A DNA stretch of 64,000 nt, taken from positions 6,466 to 70,465 of the IMG/VR virus record IMGVR_UViG_3300017700_000738. One strand, written 5' to 3'. Below the pieces are notes generated by a model. It searched no databases and was not told where the DNA came from. It worked only from the letters and a program-made list of their open reading frames with translations. Source of the stretch: a virus. Its lineage: Duplodnaviria; Caudoviricetes. The position numbers were made by a program, and so were the translations under genes. This document shows positions 1 to 8,883 of the stretch, one piece after another (position 1 is the first letter of the stretch; the number at the start of each line of letters is the position of its first letter).

Positions 1-1
1 A

Positions 2-121
2 ACAGGTAATCGTCGGTCCGACTGTAGCGGGTTTGCTGGAACGCATTTCAATGACACCGGAATGGCCGCGTTGGCGACGGCGTCAGCAAACGCCATGCAT
101 GCGGCGGGGGCGCCGTTCTAG
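2..121 (+). CDS. 3' end of upstream gene (partial), possibly SGNH/GDSL esterase-containing tail protein
   Basis: Frame 2 is open to TAG at 119-121: TGNRRSDCSGFAGTHFNDTGMAALATASANAMHAAGAPF*; HFNDxG resembles SGNH block V; lies just before the adaptor gene. Confidence 0.45.
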   Translation, partial: TGNRRSDCSGFAGTHFNDTGMAALATASANAMHAAGAPF

Positions 122-136
122 CGGCGGGGGGATCGA

Positions 137-850
137 ATGGCGCTGACATACTCGACGTTCACGACTTCGCTGGCGAATATGATCGTCGTACCGGTCGATG
201 ATGGCGGCTACGTGCAGGCGTTGCCGAATATCATCGACGACGCCGAACAGCGCCTGTATCGAGAGCTGGACCTGCTCTCGACGCGAGTAAGAGCGACGGC
301 ACCGTTGATCGCCGGAAACAGAAACTTCACGCTGCCGACCGGCTCAGGCACCTTCGTGGTCGTCGAGCAGCTGAATGTGATCACTCCATCCAGTGTGACC
401 GCCCCAGATGAAGGTACCCGTGTTCCTATGCTGCCGGTGTCGAAGGAGTTTCTGGATGTCGCCTTCCCGAGCGCATCGCCGGCCGGGGTACCTACACGAT
501 TCGCACCGATCAGCCAGCAGGAATGGATCGTCGGTCTATGGCCGGATCAGTCCTACACCGTCGAGGTTGTCGGAACGATCCGCCCGGCACCGCTATCGGC
601 ATCCAATCAGACGACGTTCCTGACGCAATTCCTGCCGGACGTGTTCATGGCTGCCGCACTCGTGATGGCTGCCGGATACCAGCTGAACTTCTCTGCGGCA
701 GGCGATAATCCGCAGGCCGGTGTGACGTGGGAGACGCACGTCACGAAGCTGCTGACGTCCGCCAAGATTGAGGAGACCCGAAAGAAGTTCGGCTCCGAAG
801 GATGGTCGTCGAAGGAGCCGGACCCTCTCGCAACTCCACCGAGGACATAA
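137..850 (+). CDS. Putative head-tail adaptor/neck protein
   Basis: 237 aa; IDDAEQRLYRELDL and PDVFMAAALV motifs typical of podophage adaptor proteins; position in tail module. Confidence 0.65.
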   Translation: MALTYSTFTTSLANMIVVPVDDGGYVQALPNIIDDAEQRLYRELDLLSTRVRATAPLIAGNRNFTLPTGSGTFVVVEQLNVITPSSVTAPDEGTRVPMLPVSKEFLDVAFPSASPAGVPTRFAPISQQEWIVGLWPDQSYTVEVVGTIRPAPLSASNQTTFLTQFLPDVFMAAALVMAAGYQLNFSAAGDNPQAGVTWETHVTKLLTSAKIEETRKKFGSEGWSSKEPDPLATPPRT

Positions 851-853
851 GCC

Positions 854-1864
854 GTGCCGAATACAGTCAACACGGGACTCATCGTCCCGAACACCGGCGA
901 CCTCGTCGATACGTGGGGATCGGCCGCCCTGAACCCAGACTTCGTGGCTATCGATGGCATGCTCGCCGGTGTGGCGACGATTGGCGTCACCAATGCGCCG
1001 GTGACGCTCACGGCGCCTGCCGGTGCGATCACGCCGAGCCCGGGGCCGGTGCAGTCACAGAATAAGGTGCTGCGGTTCACGGGAACGCTTACGGGCGATG
1101 TGCGTGTCACGCTGCCGCTACCCGGTAGCTACATCATCGAGAACCTCACCTTCGGTGCTTTCGTGCTGTCGTTTCAGGGCGTCACCGCCACCGAGGTCAT
1201 CGCCACCGAGCAGGGTTCTCGCGTTGAGGTCTACAACGACGGCGCCAATGTGCGTTTCGTCAATCTCGGCCGCGTCGGCGCGCTGGAGTTCTGGGGCGGC
1301 GAGCAGGCGATTCCGGCATGGGTGACGGCCTGCACGGTCAAGCCATACCTGCTTGCCGATGGCGTCGTGTTCAACTGGTCCGACTATCCCTATCTGGGTC
1401 GGAAATATCTGGCCAAGTTCGGCGGAAACGGGACGACGACGTCGGCGACGCCTGACCTTCGCGGGCGCGTTCCGCTCGCATATGACGGCACCGGAACACG
1501 CATCACGGTGGCGGGTTCAGGCATCGACGGGCAGGTGGTGGGTGCGGCCGGCGGCCAGCAAAGCTATCTGTTTGCACAGAATCAATTGCCGAATGCGATC
1601 CTTCCGCTGGGCGGTATTGCGCCGGGCACACCAATCGCGCTGGATACAATCCCAGGCATTGATCTTCTTTACAATAACGGAAGTATAGGCGTTCAGGCCG
1701 GAGGCAATTTCATTATTGCGCCGGCAACTATTGCTATCACCCAACTTAAAGTTACGCTGCCAGCTCCAAGCGGTAACACGCGCCTCAACGGAAACGTGAC
1801 GCAAGTGGTGACACCTATCGTACAGCCGTCGCAGGTGACTGGCATCTGGGTCGTGAAGACGTAA
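854..1864 (+). CDS. Tail fibre protein with tail-collar domain
   Basis: 336 aa; TPDLRGRVPLA collar motif, Gly/Thr-rich. Confidence 0.7.
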   Translation: MPNTVNTGLIVPNTGDLVDTWGSAALNPDFVAIDGMLAGVATIGVTNAPVTLTAPAGAITPSPGPVQSQNKVLRFTGTLTGDVRVTLPLPGSYIIENLTFGAFVLSFQGVTATEVIATEQGSRVEVYNDGANVRFVNLGRVGALEFWGGEQAIPAWVTACTVKPYLLADGVVFNWSDYPYLGRKYLAKFGGNGTTTSATPDLRGRVPLAYDGTGTRITVAGSGIDGQVVGAAGGQQSYLFAQNQLPNAILPLGGIAPGTPIALDTIPGIDLLYNNGSIGVQAGGNFIIAPATIAITQLKVTLPAPSGNTRLNGNVTQVVTPIVQPSQVTGIWVVKT

Positions 1865-1872
1865 GGTGAGAA

Positions 1873-3921
1873 ATGCCCTTCAGCGCCGTTAAACTGATCC
1901 CGGGCGTCAATGTCGAGCGCACCCCGACATTGAACGAGGCCGGCTATTCGGCCAGCCAGTTGATCCGATTCCGGGATGGTCTGGCGCAGAAGTATGGTGG
2001 CTGGGATCAGTTCTATCCGCTGGCCGTTGGCGGGGTGCCGCGCGATCTCCATGCGTGGCAGGACCTCAATCAGACGAACCATCTGGCGGTCGGCACCACC
2101 TCGGAGCTGGGGGTTATCACCGAGGGCAGCTTCATCGACATCACGCCGCAGCAATTTCTGTCTGACTTCTCGCCTGACTTCTCGACAACCATCGGCAGTC
2201 CGCTTGTCGAGGTGAATGACCCCAACATCCTGAACGTAACCGCGTTCGACTCGGTCTATTTCAACACCCCGGTGTCGGTTGGCGGCATCATCCTGTCTGG
2301 CCTTTACCCTATTGAGACGATTGTCGGCGCTTCGTCGTACACGATCCGAGCTGTGATGGATGCAACCGCCACGGTGGCGAACGGCGGCGCGGTGCCGGAG
2401 TTCACGACGACGCTCGATAGCGCAAACGTGTCGGCGGCGCTGGATGACCATGGTCTGCTGGTGACGGCGCCGGACAACACAATCGTGTTTCCGATTCCGA
2501 CAACCGGGAACGGCATTACGATTGATGGACTGTACGTCGCTACGACCATCACGGACACGGATAATTTCTTCATTCAGGTGAACAGGCAGGCGACCGCCTC
2601 GGGCTCGTTCGACATGAACGGCGGCGATGCGCAGTTGGTCTATTACATCGCGCTCGGGCCTCCGGCGGGCGGCATAGGATATGGCCTCGGTGGTTATGGC
2701 CTTGGCGGCTACGGCACCGGCGTGGTGCAGCCTGTCCAGACCGGATCGCCGATCTCTGCCTCGGATTGGACGACCGACAATTGGGGGCAAATCCTTCTGG
2801 CGTGCCCGAAAGATGGCGGCATCTATTACTGGGACCCGACCGGTGGATTCCTCAACGCGTCGCTGATCTCCTCCGGGCCTCTATTCAACACCGGGATGTT
2901 CGTCTCGACGTCGGCGCAAATTCTGATCGCGTTCGGGTCGACGATCTCGGAAGTGATCGGGGTGCTGCAAGACCCCATGCTGGTGCAGTGGTCCGACAGT
3001 GGAAACTTTTTCGACTGGGTTCCAAGCGATACCAATTTGGCCCGCAACTTCCGCATCCCCATCGGGTCGCGGATTGTCGCCGGTATGGCGGTGTCGAACC
3101 AGAATCTGATCTGGACCGATCTCGACCTCTGGATCATGAATTTCATCGGATTCCCGAACGTCTACGGCTTCAACAAGATCGGCGCCGGTGCCGGCGCGGC
3201 CAGCCTGCATGCAGTTCAGCAGCTGCGCGGCGGCGTGCACTGGATGGGACAGTCGAACTTCTATCGTTATGCCGGCAGCGGTTGCGAGGTGGTGCCGTGC
3301 CCGGTCTGGGACTTCGTTTTCCAGAACCTCAACCTCGATTTCATCGATAATGTCCGTGCTATGCCGAACACGGCCTTCAATGAGGTCGGGTATCTTTTTC
3401 CGACGATGGCGAGCGCCAACGGCGAGAACGATGCTTATGTCAAATACAACATCTCCGAGCCGGGCTCGCCGTGGGACTACGGGTACCTGCCACGTTCGGC
3501 GTGGATTGATCAGAACGTGTTTGGGGCACCGCTGGCCTGCATCCCGGGCGGCGTGATCTATCAGCACGAGACCGGCTTCGACGCTGCCGGTCAGCCGATG
3601 TCGTGGTCTTACACGACCGGTTATTTCAAGATCGCGGAGGGCGAGGAATACCCGGCTATCGATCAGGTGCGGCCGGACTTCAAGTTCGGATTGTTCGGGC
3701 AGGCGCAGAACGCGCAAATCCAGATCACGTTCAACGTGGTGAAGTTTCCGGGTGACACCCCGATTCAGTACGGACCTTATGTGGTGACGCAGACCACCGA
3801 GTATATCTCGACGCGCTTCCGTGGCGGGCTGGTCAGCATCACGGTCTCGGGGAATGACATTGGCAGCTTCTCCCGTTTGGGCTATGTCAGGTTCAGGTAT
3901 TCCCCGACCGGGAGACGGTAA
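1873..3921 (+). CDS. Tail tube/nozzle (packaged-DNA stabilisation, P22 gp10-like) protein
   Basis: 682 aa; size, QWSD...W beta-propeller-like motifs and position before ejection genes. Confidence 0.65.
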   Translation: MPFSAVKLIPGVNVERTPTLNEAGYSASQLIRFRDGLAQKYGGWDQFYPLAVGGVPRDLHAWQDLNQTNHLAVGTTSELGVITEGSFIDITPQQFLSDFSPDFSTTIGSPLVEVNDPNILNVTAFDSVYFNTPVSVGGIILSGLYPIETIVGASSYTIRAVMDATATVANGGAVPEFTTTLDSANVSAALDDHGLLVTAPDNTIVFPIPTTGNGITIDGLYVATTITDTDNFFIQVNRQATASGSFDMNGGDAQLVYYIALGPPAGGIGYGLGGYGLGGYGTGVVQPVQTGSPISASDWTTDNWGQILLACPKDGGIYYWDPTGGFLNASLISSGPLFNTGMFVSTSAQILIAFGSTISEVIGVLQDPMLVQWSDSGNFFDWVPSDTNLARNFRIPIGSRIVAGMAVSNQNLIWTDLDLWIMNFIGFPNVYGFNKIGAGAGAASLHAVQQLRGGVHWMGQSNFYRYAGSGCEVVPCPVWDFVFQNLNLDFIDNVRAMPNTAFNEVGYLFPTMASANGENDAYVKYNISEPGSPWDYGYLPRSAWIDQNVFGAPLACIPGGVIYQHETGFDAAGQPMSWSYTTGYFKIAEGEEYPAIDQVRPDFKFGLFGQAQNAQIQITFNVVKFPGDTPIQYGPYVVTQTTEYISTRFRGGLVSITVSGNDIGSFSRLGYVRFRYSPTGRR

Positions 3922-4148
3922 TGGCCTCGGCAGACCTCGACACGATCAACACCACGCAGGCGCAGGGTGTTCAGTATCTCGGTCTGATCTATCAGGCGCT
4001 GCTCGCACAGCATTCGTTGAACTTGGTGCCGGTGCCGGCGACCTCCACCTCGCCCGGGACGGCGGGGCAGGTCGCGGCAGATGCGGGGTTCCTATACCTC
4101 TGCGTGGCGAGTGCTACTTGGCGTCGTGTAGCCGTGGCGGCGTTCTGA
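3921..4148 (+). CDS. Small virion protein
   Basis: 75 aa; coupled TAATG junction; PGTAGQVAADAGFLYLCVASATWRR motif common in phage tail proteins. Confidence 0.6.
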   Translation: MASADLDTINTTQAQGVQYLGLIYQALLAQHSLNLVPVPATSTSPGTAGQVAADAGFLYLCVASATWRRVAVAAF

Positions 4149-4597
4149 TGCCGATCAACTCATCCAGCATCCCAGCCCTCACCATCGCTCGCCAGCTGAA
4201 GCGTAAGAAGCGCGCTGCCGGCGGCAAGGTGCATGTGGGGCCGATCACTGGGCACACCGGCGGTCGCGCAGATAAGGTGCCGATGGAGGTGCCGGACGGC
4301 GCCTATGTGCTCACGGCGGACCACTGCAGCGGCATGGGAGAAGGCAACACCATGGCCGGCTTCCAGAAGCTGGCGAGGATGTTCCCCAAGAGCAAGCCGT
4401 CCTTGATGCGCCAGCTAAAGGCGAGTCCGGTACCGATCCACGCCGCCGATGGTGAGTTCGTGGTGAGCCCGGCCGACATCCTCGACCGCTGGGATAGCCT
4501 TGATGTCGGCCACAAGGTGTTGGACAACTGGCAGACCACCGAGCGAAAGAAGCTGATAGAAACTCTCAAGGGGCTCGCCCCTCCAGCACAGGATTAA
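4148..4597 (+). CDS. Putative virion protein (RAAGG motif; GGRADKVP...DGEFVV domain)
   Basis: True start is ATG 4148 (TGATG coupling) within the track ORF 3821-4597. Confidence 0.65.
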   Translation: MPINSSSIPALTIARQLKRKKRAAGGKVHVGPITGHTGGRADKVPMEVPDGAYVLTADHCSGMGEGNTMAGFQKLARMFPKSKPSLMRQLKASPVPIHAADGEFVVSPADILDRWDSLDVGHKVLDNWQTTERKKLIETLKGLAPPAQD

Positions 4598-4600
4598 CCC

Positions 4601-4873
4601 ATGTCCGATCTCACGCGTCCTCCGGTTATCTTCGTGACCGGCGTTGCCGTCCAAGGTTTTTTGAATGGCGTCGTCAACATCGCATTCACGACAGCGAACT
4701 TCCTGCCGGCCGCTCTCGTCGAGGGCGACCCCGAAAACGGCGGTGTCGTGATCGACGAGCAGTTGAGCGCCAACCTGCGCATGGACCTACACTGCGCCCA
4801 GCTGGTGCGCGATGCGCTCGATACCATCATCGAGCAGAACACCAAGGCGAAGCCTGCCTCAGAGGTGAACTGA
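4601..4873 (+). CDS. Hypothetical protein
   Basis: 90 aa, in operon, coupled to next gene. Confidence 0.6.
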   Translation: MSDLTRPPVIFVTGVAVQGFLNGVVNIAFTTANFLPAALVEGDPENGGVVIDEQLSANLRMDLHCAQLVRDALDTIIEQNTKAKPASEVN

Positions 4874-5343
4874 TGCTGACGACACTTCCCGTGCGCAAGG
4901 CCGTGCCGGCCGACAGGGCCACCATCCTTGAAGTCTGTCGCCAGAACCACGAGGAGAACGGCCAATTCTCTCTCGCGCCCAACAAGGTCGAGGCGATGGT
5001 GGACCGGGCGTTCAACCGGGACGGCGTGATCATCGGTGCTGTCGGCAATGGCCGGATCGAGGGCATCATCATGCTGCTGATCGCCCAGTTCTGGTACACG
5101 GACGACTGGTGCCTTGAAGAAATTTTGAATTTCGTGCGGCCGGATTATCGCCGGTCGACCCACGCCAAGGACCTGATCCGGTTTGCCGTACGCTGCTCGG
5201 ACGAGATCAAGATTCCGTTGTGCATCGGCGTGGTGGCCAACGAGCGCACCAAGGCCAAATTAGAGTTGTATCGCAGGCAGCTTGGTGAACCGGTCGGTGG
5301 GTACTTTTTGCATCAGCCAAAAACTCTAATGGTACCGGTGTGA
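4873..5343 (+). CDS. GNAT-family acetyltransferase-like protein
   Basis: 156 aa; FVRPDYRRSTHAKDLI resembles GNAT motif A. Confidence 0.65.
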   Translation: MLTTLPVRKAVPADRATILEVCRQNHEENGQFSLAPNKVEAMVDRAFNRDGVIIGAVGNGRIEGIIMLLIAQFWYTDDWCLEEILNFVRPDYRRSTHAKDLIRFAVRCSDEIKIPLCIGVVANERTKAKLELYRRQLGEPVGGYFLHQPKTLMVPV

Positions 5344-5843
5344 CGGCAACATGTTCTCTTACGCCGGAGAGGCTTCGCGAAGTTCTGCTGTATTGTCCCG
5401 CGACGGGCATCTTTACATGGCGCGCTCGTATGGGGCAACGTGGAGTTGTTGGCGCTCGGGCAGGAGGGGTAAGGCCAAAGGAATATCGATCTATTGGGAT
5501 CGATGGGGTGCTTTATCTGGAACACCGCCTAGCTTGGCTGTACGTTCATGGCGTGTGGCCTGAGGATGACTTGGATCATAAGAACCTGATTAAATCAGAC
5601 AATCGAATAGAGAATTTGAGGCCAGCGACGCGTTCTCAAAATAAGATGAACACCCCTGTCCGAGTCGACAACGTCTTAAAAACCAAGGGGGTGTCGTTCG
5701 ATGCGAAATGCGGGAAATATCGAGCCCGGATTTGCCGAGATGGTAAAACTGAGGTGCTGGGGTTTTTCGATGATCTGGCTGCCGCCGCTCTGGCGTATGA
5801 GACAGCGGCCAAACTGATGTTTGGTGATTTCGCCAGAACGTAG
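5340..5843 (+). CDS. HNH endonuclease with AP2 DNA-binding domain
   Basis: EHRLAW...DHKNLIKSDNRIENLR HNH; KGVSFD...YRARI...GFFDD AP2. Confidence 0.9.
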   Translation: MTATCSLTPERLREVLLYCPATGIFTWRARMGQRGVVGARAGGVRPKEYRSIGIDGVLYLEHRLAWLYVHGVWPEDDLDHKNLIKSDNRIENLRPATRSQNKMNTPVRVDNVLKTKGVSFDAKCGKYRARICRDGKTEVLGFFDDLAAAALAYETAAKLMFGDFART

Positions 5844-5919
5844 TAAGGGTGGCTCGGTAAACGTCCGAGCGCGCCGCTGGGTCTTAACATTTGGTCACGC
5901 TGATCGATGAAAGAGACCC

Positions 5920-8883
5920 ATGGGCAAAGGCTCCAACACCACTTCCACATCCAGTTCCACCTCGGCTGATCCGCAGGCCATGCAGGTCTATCGTGACTTG
6001 CTCTCCCGCGCGCAAGGCGTGGCATCGACGCCCTATCAGGCGTATTCCGGCGATCTGACGGCCGGCATCAATTCGCAGCAGCAGGCAGGAATCGGCGGCA
6101 TCAACGCTAATGCCGGCTATGCGTCGCCCTACATTCAGCAGGCGGCCGGTCAGGCTACCTCGTCCTCGGCGCCGATCACCGGCGGCCAAATCCAGAACTA
6201 CATGAACCCGTACCAGCAGTCCGTCATCGACGCGACGCTGGCGCAGATGGGTCACGAGAATCAGACCGCGCAGGCGTCGCTGACCGGAAACCAGATCGCG
6301 CAGGGTGCGCTGGGCGGCAATGCGACGGGCGTGGCGCGCGGCATTCTGGCCGGTCAGCAGGGCCGCACCATGGCCTCGACGGTCGCCGGCCTCAATCAGC
6401 AGAACTACCAGCAGGCACTGTCGGCCGCGCAGGCCCAGCAGCAGACCGGCATCGCGGGCGCAAACGCTCTGGCGAATTACGGCGTGGCCGGGCAGTCGGC
6501 CGCTCTGCAGGGGGCCGGCGCGCAACTCTCGGCCGGTACGCTGCAGCAGCAGACCGAGCAGGCGAACCTCAACGCGCTTTATGGGCAGTATCAGCAGCAG
6601 CAGGCCTACCCGTATCAGCAGGCCCAGTGGCTGGCCGGCATCGGTACCGGCGTCGGCGGAGCGCTCGGCGGGACCTCGTCTGGCAGCACGACGGCGCCGC
6701 CGCCCAATCAGGCCGCGCAGTGGGCGGGCCTCGGGCTCTCGGCAGCCGGCATGTTCCTGTCGGATCGCCGCGCCAAGGAAGACATCGAGCATATCGGCGA
6801 GACGAACGACGGCCAGAAAATCTACCGGTACCGCTACAAGGGATCGCCGCAGCTGCACATCGGCCTGATGGCGCAGGATGTCGAGAAGGATCAGCCCGAG
6901 CACGTCCAGCACGGCGTGGACGGCATGCGCTATATTGATCTTGAGGGCGCGACTGACGATTCGGTGCGCCGCGCATCGGGCGGCGGCGTGGCCGGGACGC
7001 CATGGGCCGGCGGTGTGGGCTGGATTCCCGAGATGGCGATCCATGCATCGGCGCCGCGCACCGGAAGTGCCCCCAGCGCTCCGCGCGATCAGGGCGCCAG
7101 CTTCGACCCCACCAAGATGGCGCAGGGTATCGTCGGCGTCGGCAAGGGGTTGATGGACCGATTCGGATCGACGCCGGATTACGGCCAGACCTCCAACATG
7201 GATATCGGCGGCTATTCGATGCCGCAGTTCGGCAACTCGGTAGGCGTGGGCAATTACCAGATGCCGACCATCGGCTTCGCGCGCGGCGGGGTGGTGCGCA
7301 ATTGGGACGAGCCGGTCGGTATGTTCGGCGAGGGCGAGGAGCAGCTGGCGCCCAGCGCCTCGTTCGAGGACCGGATCGCGCCGGCACGTTTCGCCGTACA
7401 GGACGGCACCTTCGACCCGCAGGGCTCCAATTACACGCCACTGGCCGCGACCGAGCAGATGGAGGCCTCAAACCGTGGCGTTGTGCCGCTTCCGATGGGG
7501 CGTCCAGAGGGCGCCGGGGCGCCTGTGGTGGCCGATGACGATGACGACGAGGCGCCGGCTCCCGTGGGCGTCGCTGGCCGCTCCAAGGGCGTTGCTGCGC
7601 CCGTCATGGCGTTCGCGCCAGAGGGTGAGGGGTCGTATCGCGATCTCCCGGACGCCATCACGCGTCCGAAGTCGTCCGGCCTTGGGCTGGGTCTCATCTC
7701 GCCGAATGCGCAGACTGGCCTGATCGCCGCCGGGCTCGGCATGCTGTCGTCGCGTTCCCCGAATCTCGGCAACGCGGTCGGTGACGGCGGGATCGCAGGC
7801 TTCAGCGCGTACGGCTCGGCCGAGGAGCGTGATCGCAAAATCGAGGCCGAGGCGGCGAAGCTGCAGCGCGAAGCGGCCGAGAAGTCGCAGAAGTTCGGGT
7901 TGGATATCCGCAAGCAGACCGAGACCGAGCGTCACAACAAGGCGAGCGAGAAGGACACGGCGGCGAATCGCGCCCCGATGGGGATGCGCTTCAACGCCAA
8001 GGGCGAGCTGGAAGACATCCCGGGTTGGCTGCCGACGCTGGAGAAGGCCGCCAAGGCCCGCAAGGGACCGGAAGGCGAGTTGATGGACGATCAGACCGCC
8101 CAGTTCATGGCGGACCGGATCATCGCGGGCGACACCAAGGTGCTGACAGGCCTCGGTCGCGGTGCTCAGGGCGCGGCCAACATCATGAAGGTGCAGAAGC
8201 TGGTGGCCGAGCGCGCCGCCAGTGGCCAGCCCGTCAGCCCGGCCGCTCGTGAACTACTCACCAACGCCGCACAGTTCGAGGGTCTCAAGACCGCCGAGCG
8301 TACGCAGGCTGCCATCATGGCGAAGCTGTCGGTCTATGGTCGTACGGCGTTCAACGCGACGGACATCGCCGAGAACCTGTCCAAGGAAGTGCCGCGCACG
8401 CAGTGGCAGCCGGTCAACCGCGTCCTGCTGGCGGCTCGCACCAATACCGGCGATCCGAAGGTCGTGGCTCTCGGTCAGGCGCTGATGACCCTGACGAACG
8501 AATACGCGCGCGCAATCGGCGGCGGCCACGGCACCGTCCACGACAAGGAGGCTGCCGAGAAGCGTCTCTCGGCCGCGCAATCGCCCGAGCAGCTGTCGGC
8601 GGTCATCAATGTCATGCGTCAGGAAATCCTCGCCGAGGAGCGTGCCATGCCGGCGGCTCGTCAGCACATCCGGGACATCTACAACCCGGACCCGAACAAG
8701 CCGCGCGGCAGGTCCATCGCGGGTGAGCACGGTGCCGAGCCTCCTGCGGGACCGGTGGCCGGCGCCAGCGGGTTTAGGCCGCCTGCAGATGCCATCTCGC
8801 GCGTCTACAACGGCAAGACCTATTATTACAATCCCAAGGCGCTGGACGCCAAGGGCAACCCAACGCCGTACCCGGGTCAGTGA
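5920..8883 (+). CDS. DNA ejection/internal virion protein with internal peptidase S74-like domain
   Basis: 987 aa, Gln/Ala/Gly-rich N-terminus; SDRRAKEDI...YRYRYK...GLMAQDVE. Confidence 0.7.
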   Translation: MGKGSNTTSTSSSTSADPQAMQVYRDLLSRAQGVASTPYQAYSGDLTAGINSQQQAGIGGINANAGYASPYIQQAAGQATSSSAPITGGQIQNYMNPYQQSVIDATLAQMGHENQTAQASLTGNQIAQGALGGNATGVARGILAGQQGRTMASTVAGLNQQNYQQALSAAQAQQQTGIAGANALANYGVAGQSAALQGAGAQLSAGTLQQQTEQANLNALYGQYQQQQAYPYQQAQWLAGIGTGVGGALGGTSSGSTTAPPPNQAAQWAGLGLSAAGMFLSDRRAKEDIEHIGETNDGQKIYRYRYKGSPQLHIGLMAQDVEKDQPEHVQHGVDGMRYIDLEGATDDSVRRASGGGVAGTPWAGGVGWIPEMAIHASAPRTGSAPSAPRDQGASFDPTKMAQGIVGVGKGLMDRFGSTPDYGQTSNMDIGGYSMPQFGNSVGVGNYQMPTIGFARGGVVRNWDEPVGMFGEGEEQLAPSASFEDRIAPARFAVQDGTFDPQGSNYTPLAATEQMEASNRGVVPLPMGRPEGAGAPVVADDDDDEAPAPVGVAGRSKGVAAPVMAFAPEGEGSYRDLPDAITRPKSSGLGLGLISPNAQTGLIAAGLGMLSSRSPNLGNAVGDGGIAGFSAYGSAEERDRKIEAEAAKLQREAAEKSQKFGLDIRKQTETERHNKASEKDTAANRAPMGMRFNAKGELEDIPGWLPTLEKAAKARKGPEGELMDDQTAQFMADRIIAGDTKVLTGLGRGAQGAANIMKVQKLVAERAASGQPVSPAARELLTNAAQFEGLKTAERTQAAIMAKLSVYGRTAFNATDIAENLSKEVPRTQWQPVNRVLLAARTNTGDPKVVALGQALMTLTNEYARAIGGGHGTVHDKEAAEKRLSAAQSPEQLSAVINVMRQEILAEERAMPAARQHIRDIYNPDPNKPRGRSIAGEHGAEPPAGPVAGASGFRPPADAISRVYNGKTYYYNPKALDAKGNPTPYPGQ

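Noticed and set aside
1693-3717. Minus-strand ORFs 1693-2790 and 2881-3717
   Set aside because: Shadows of the tail genes
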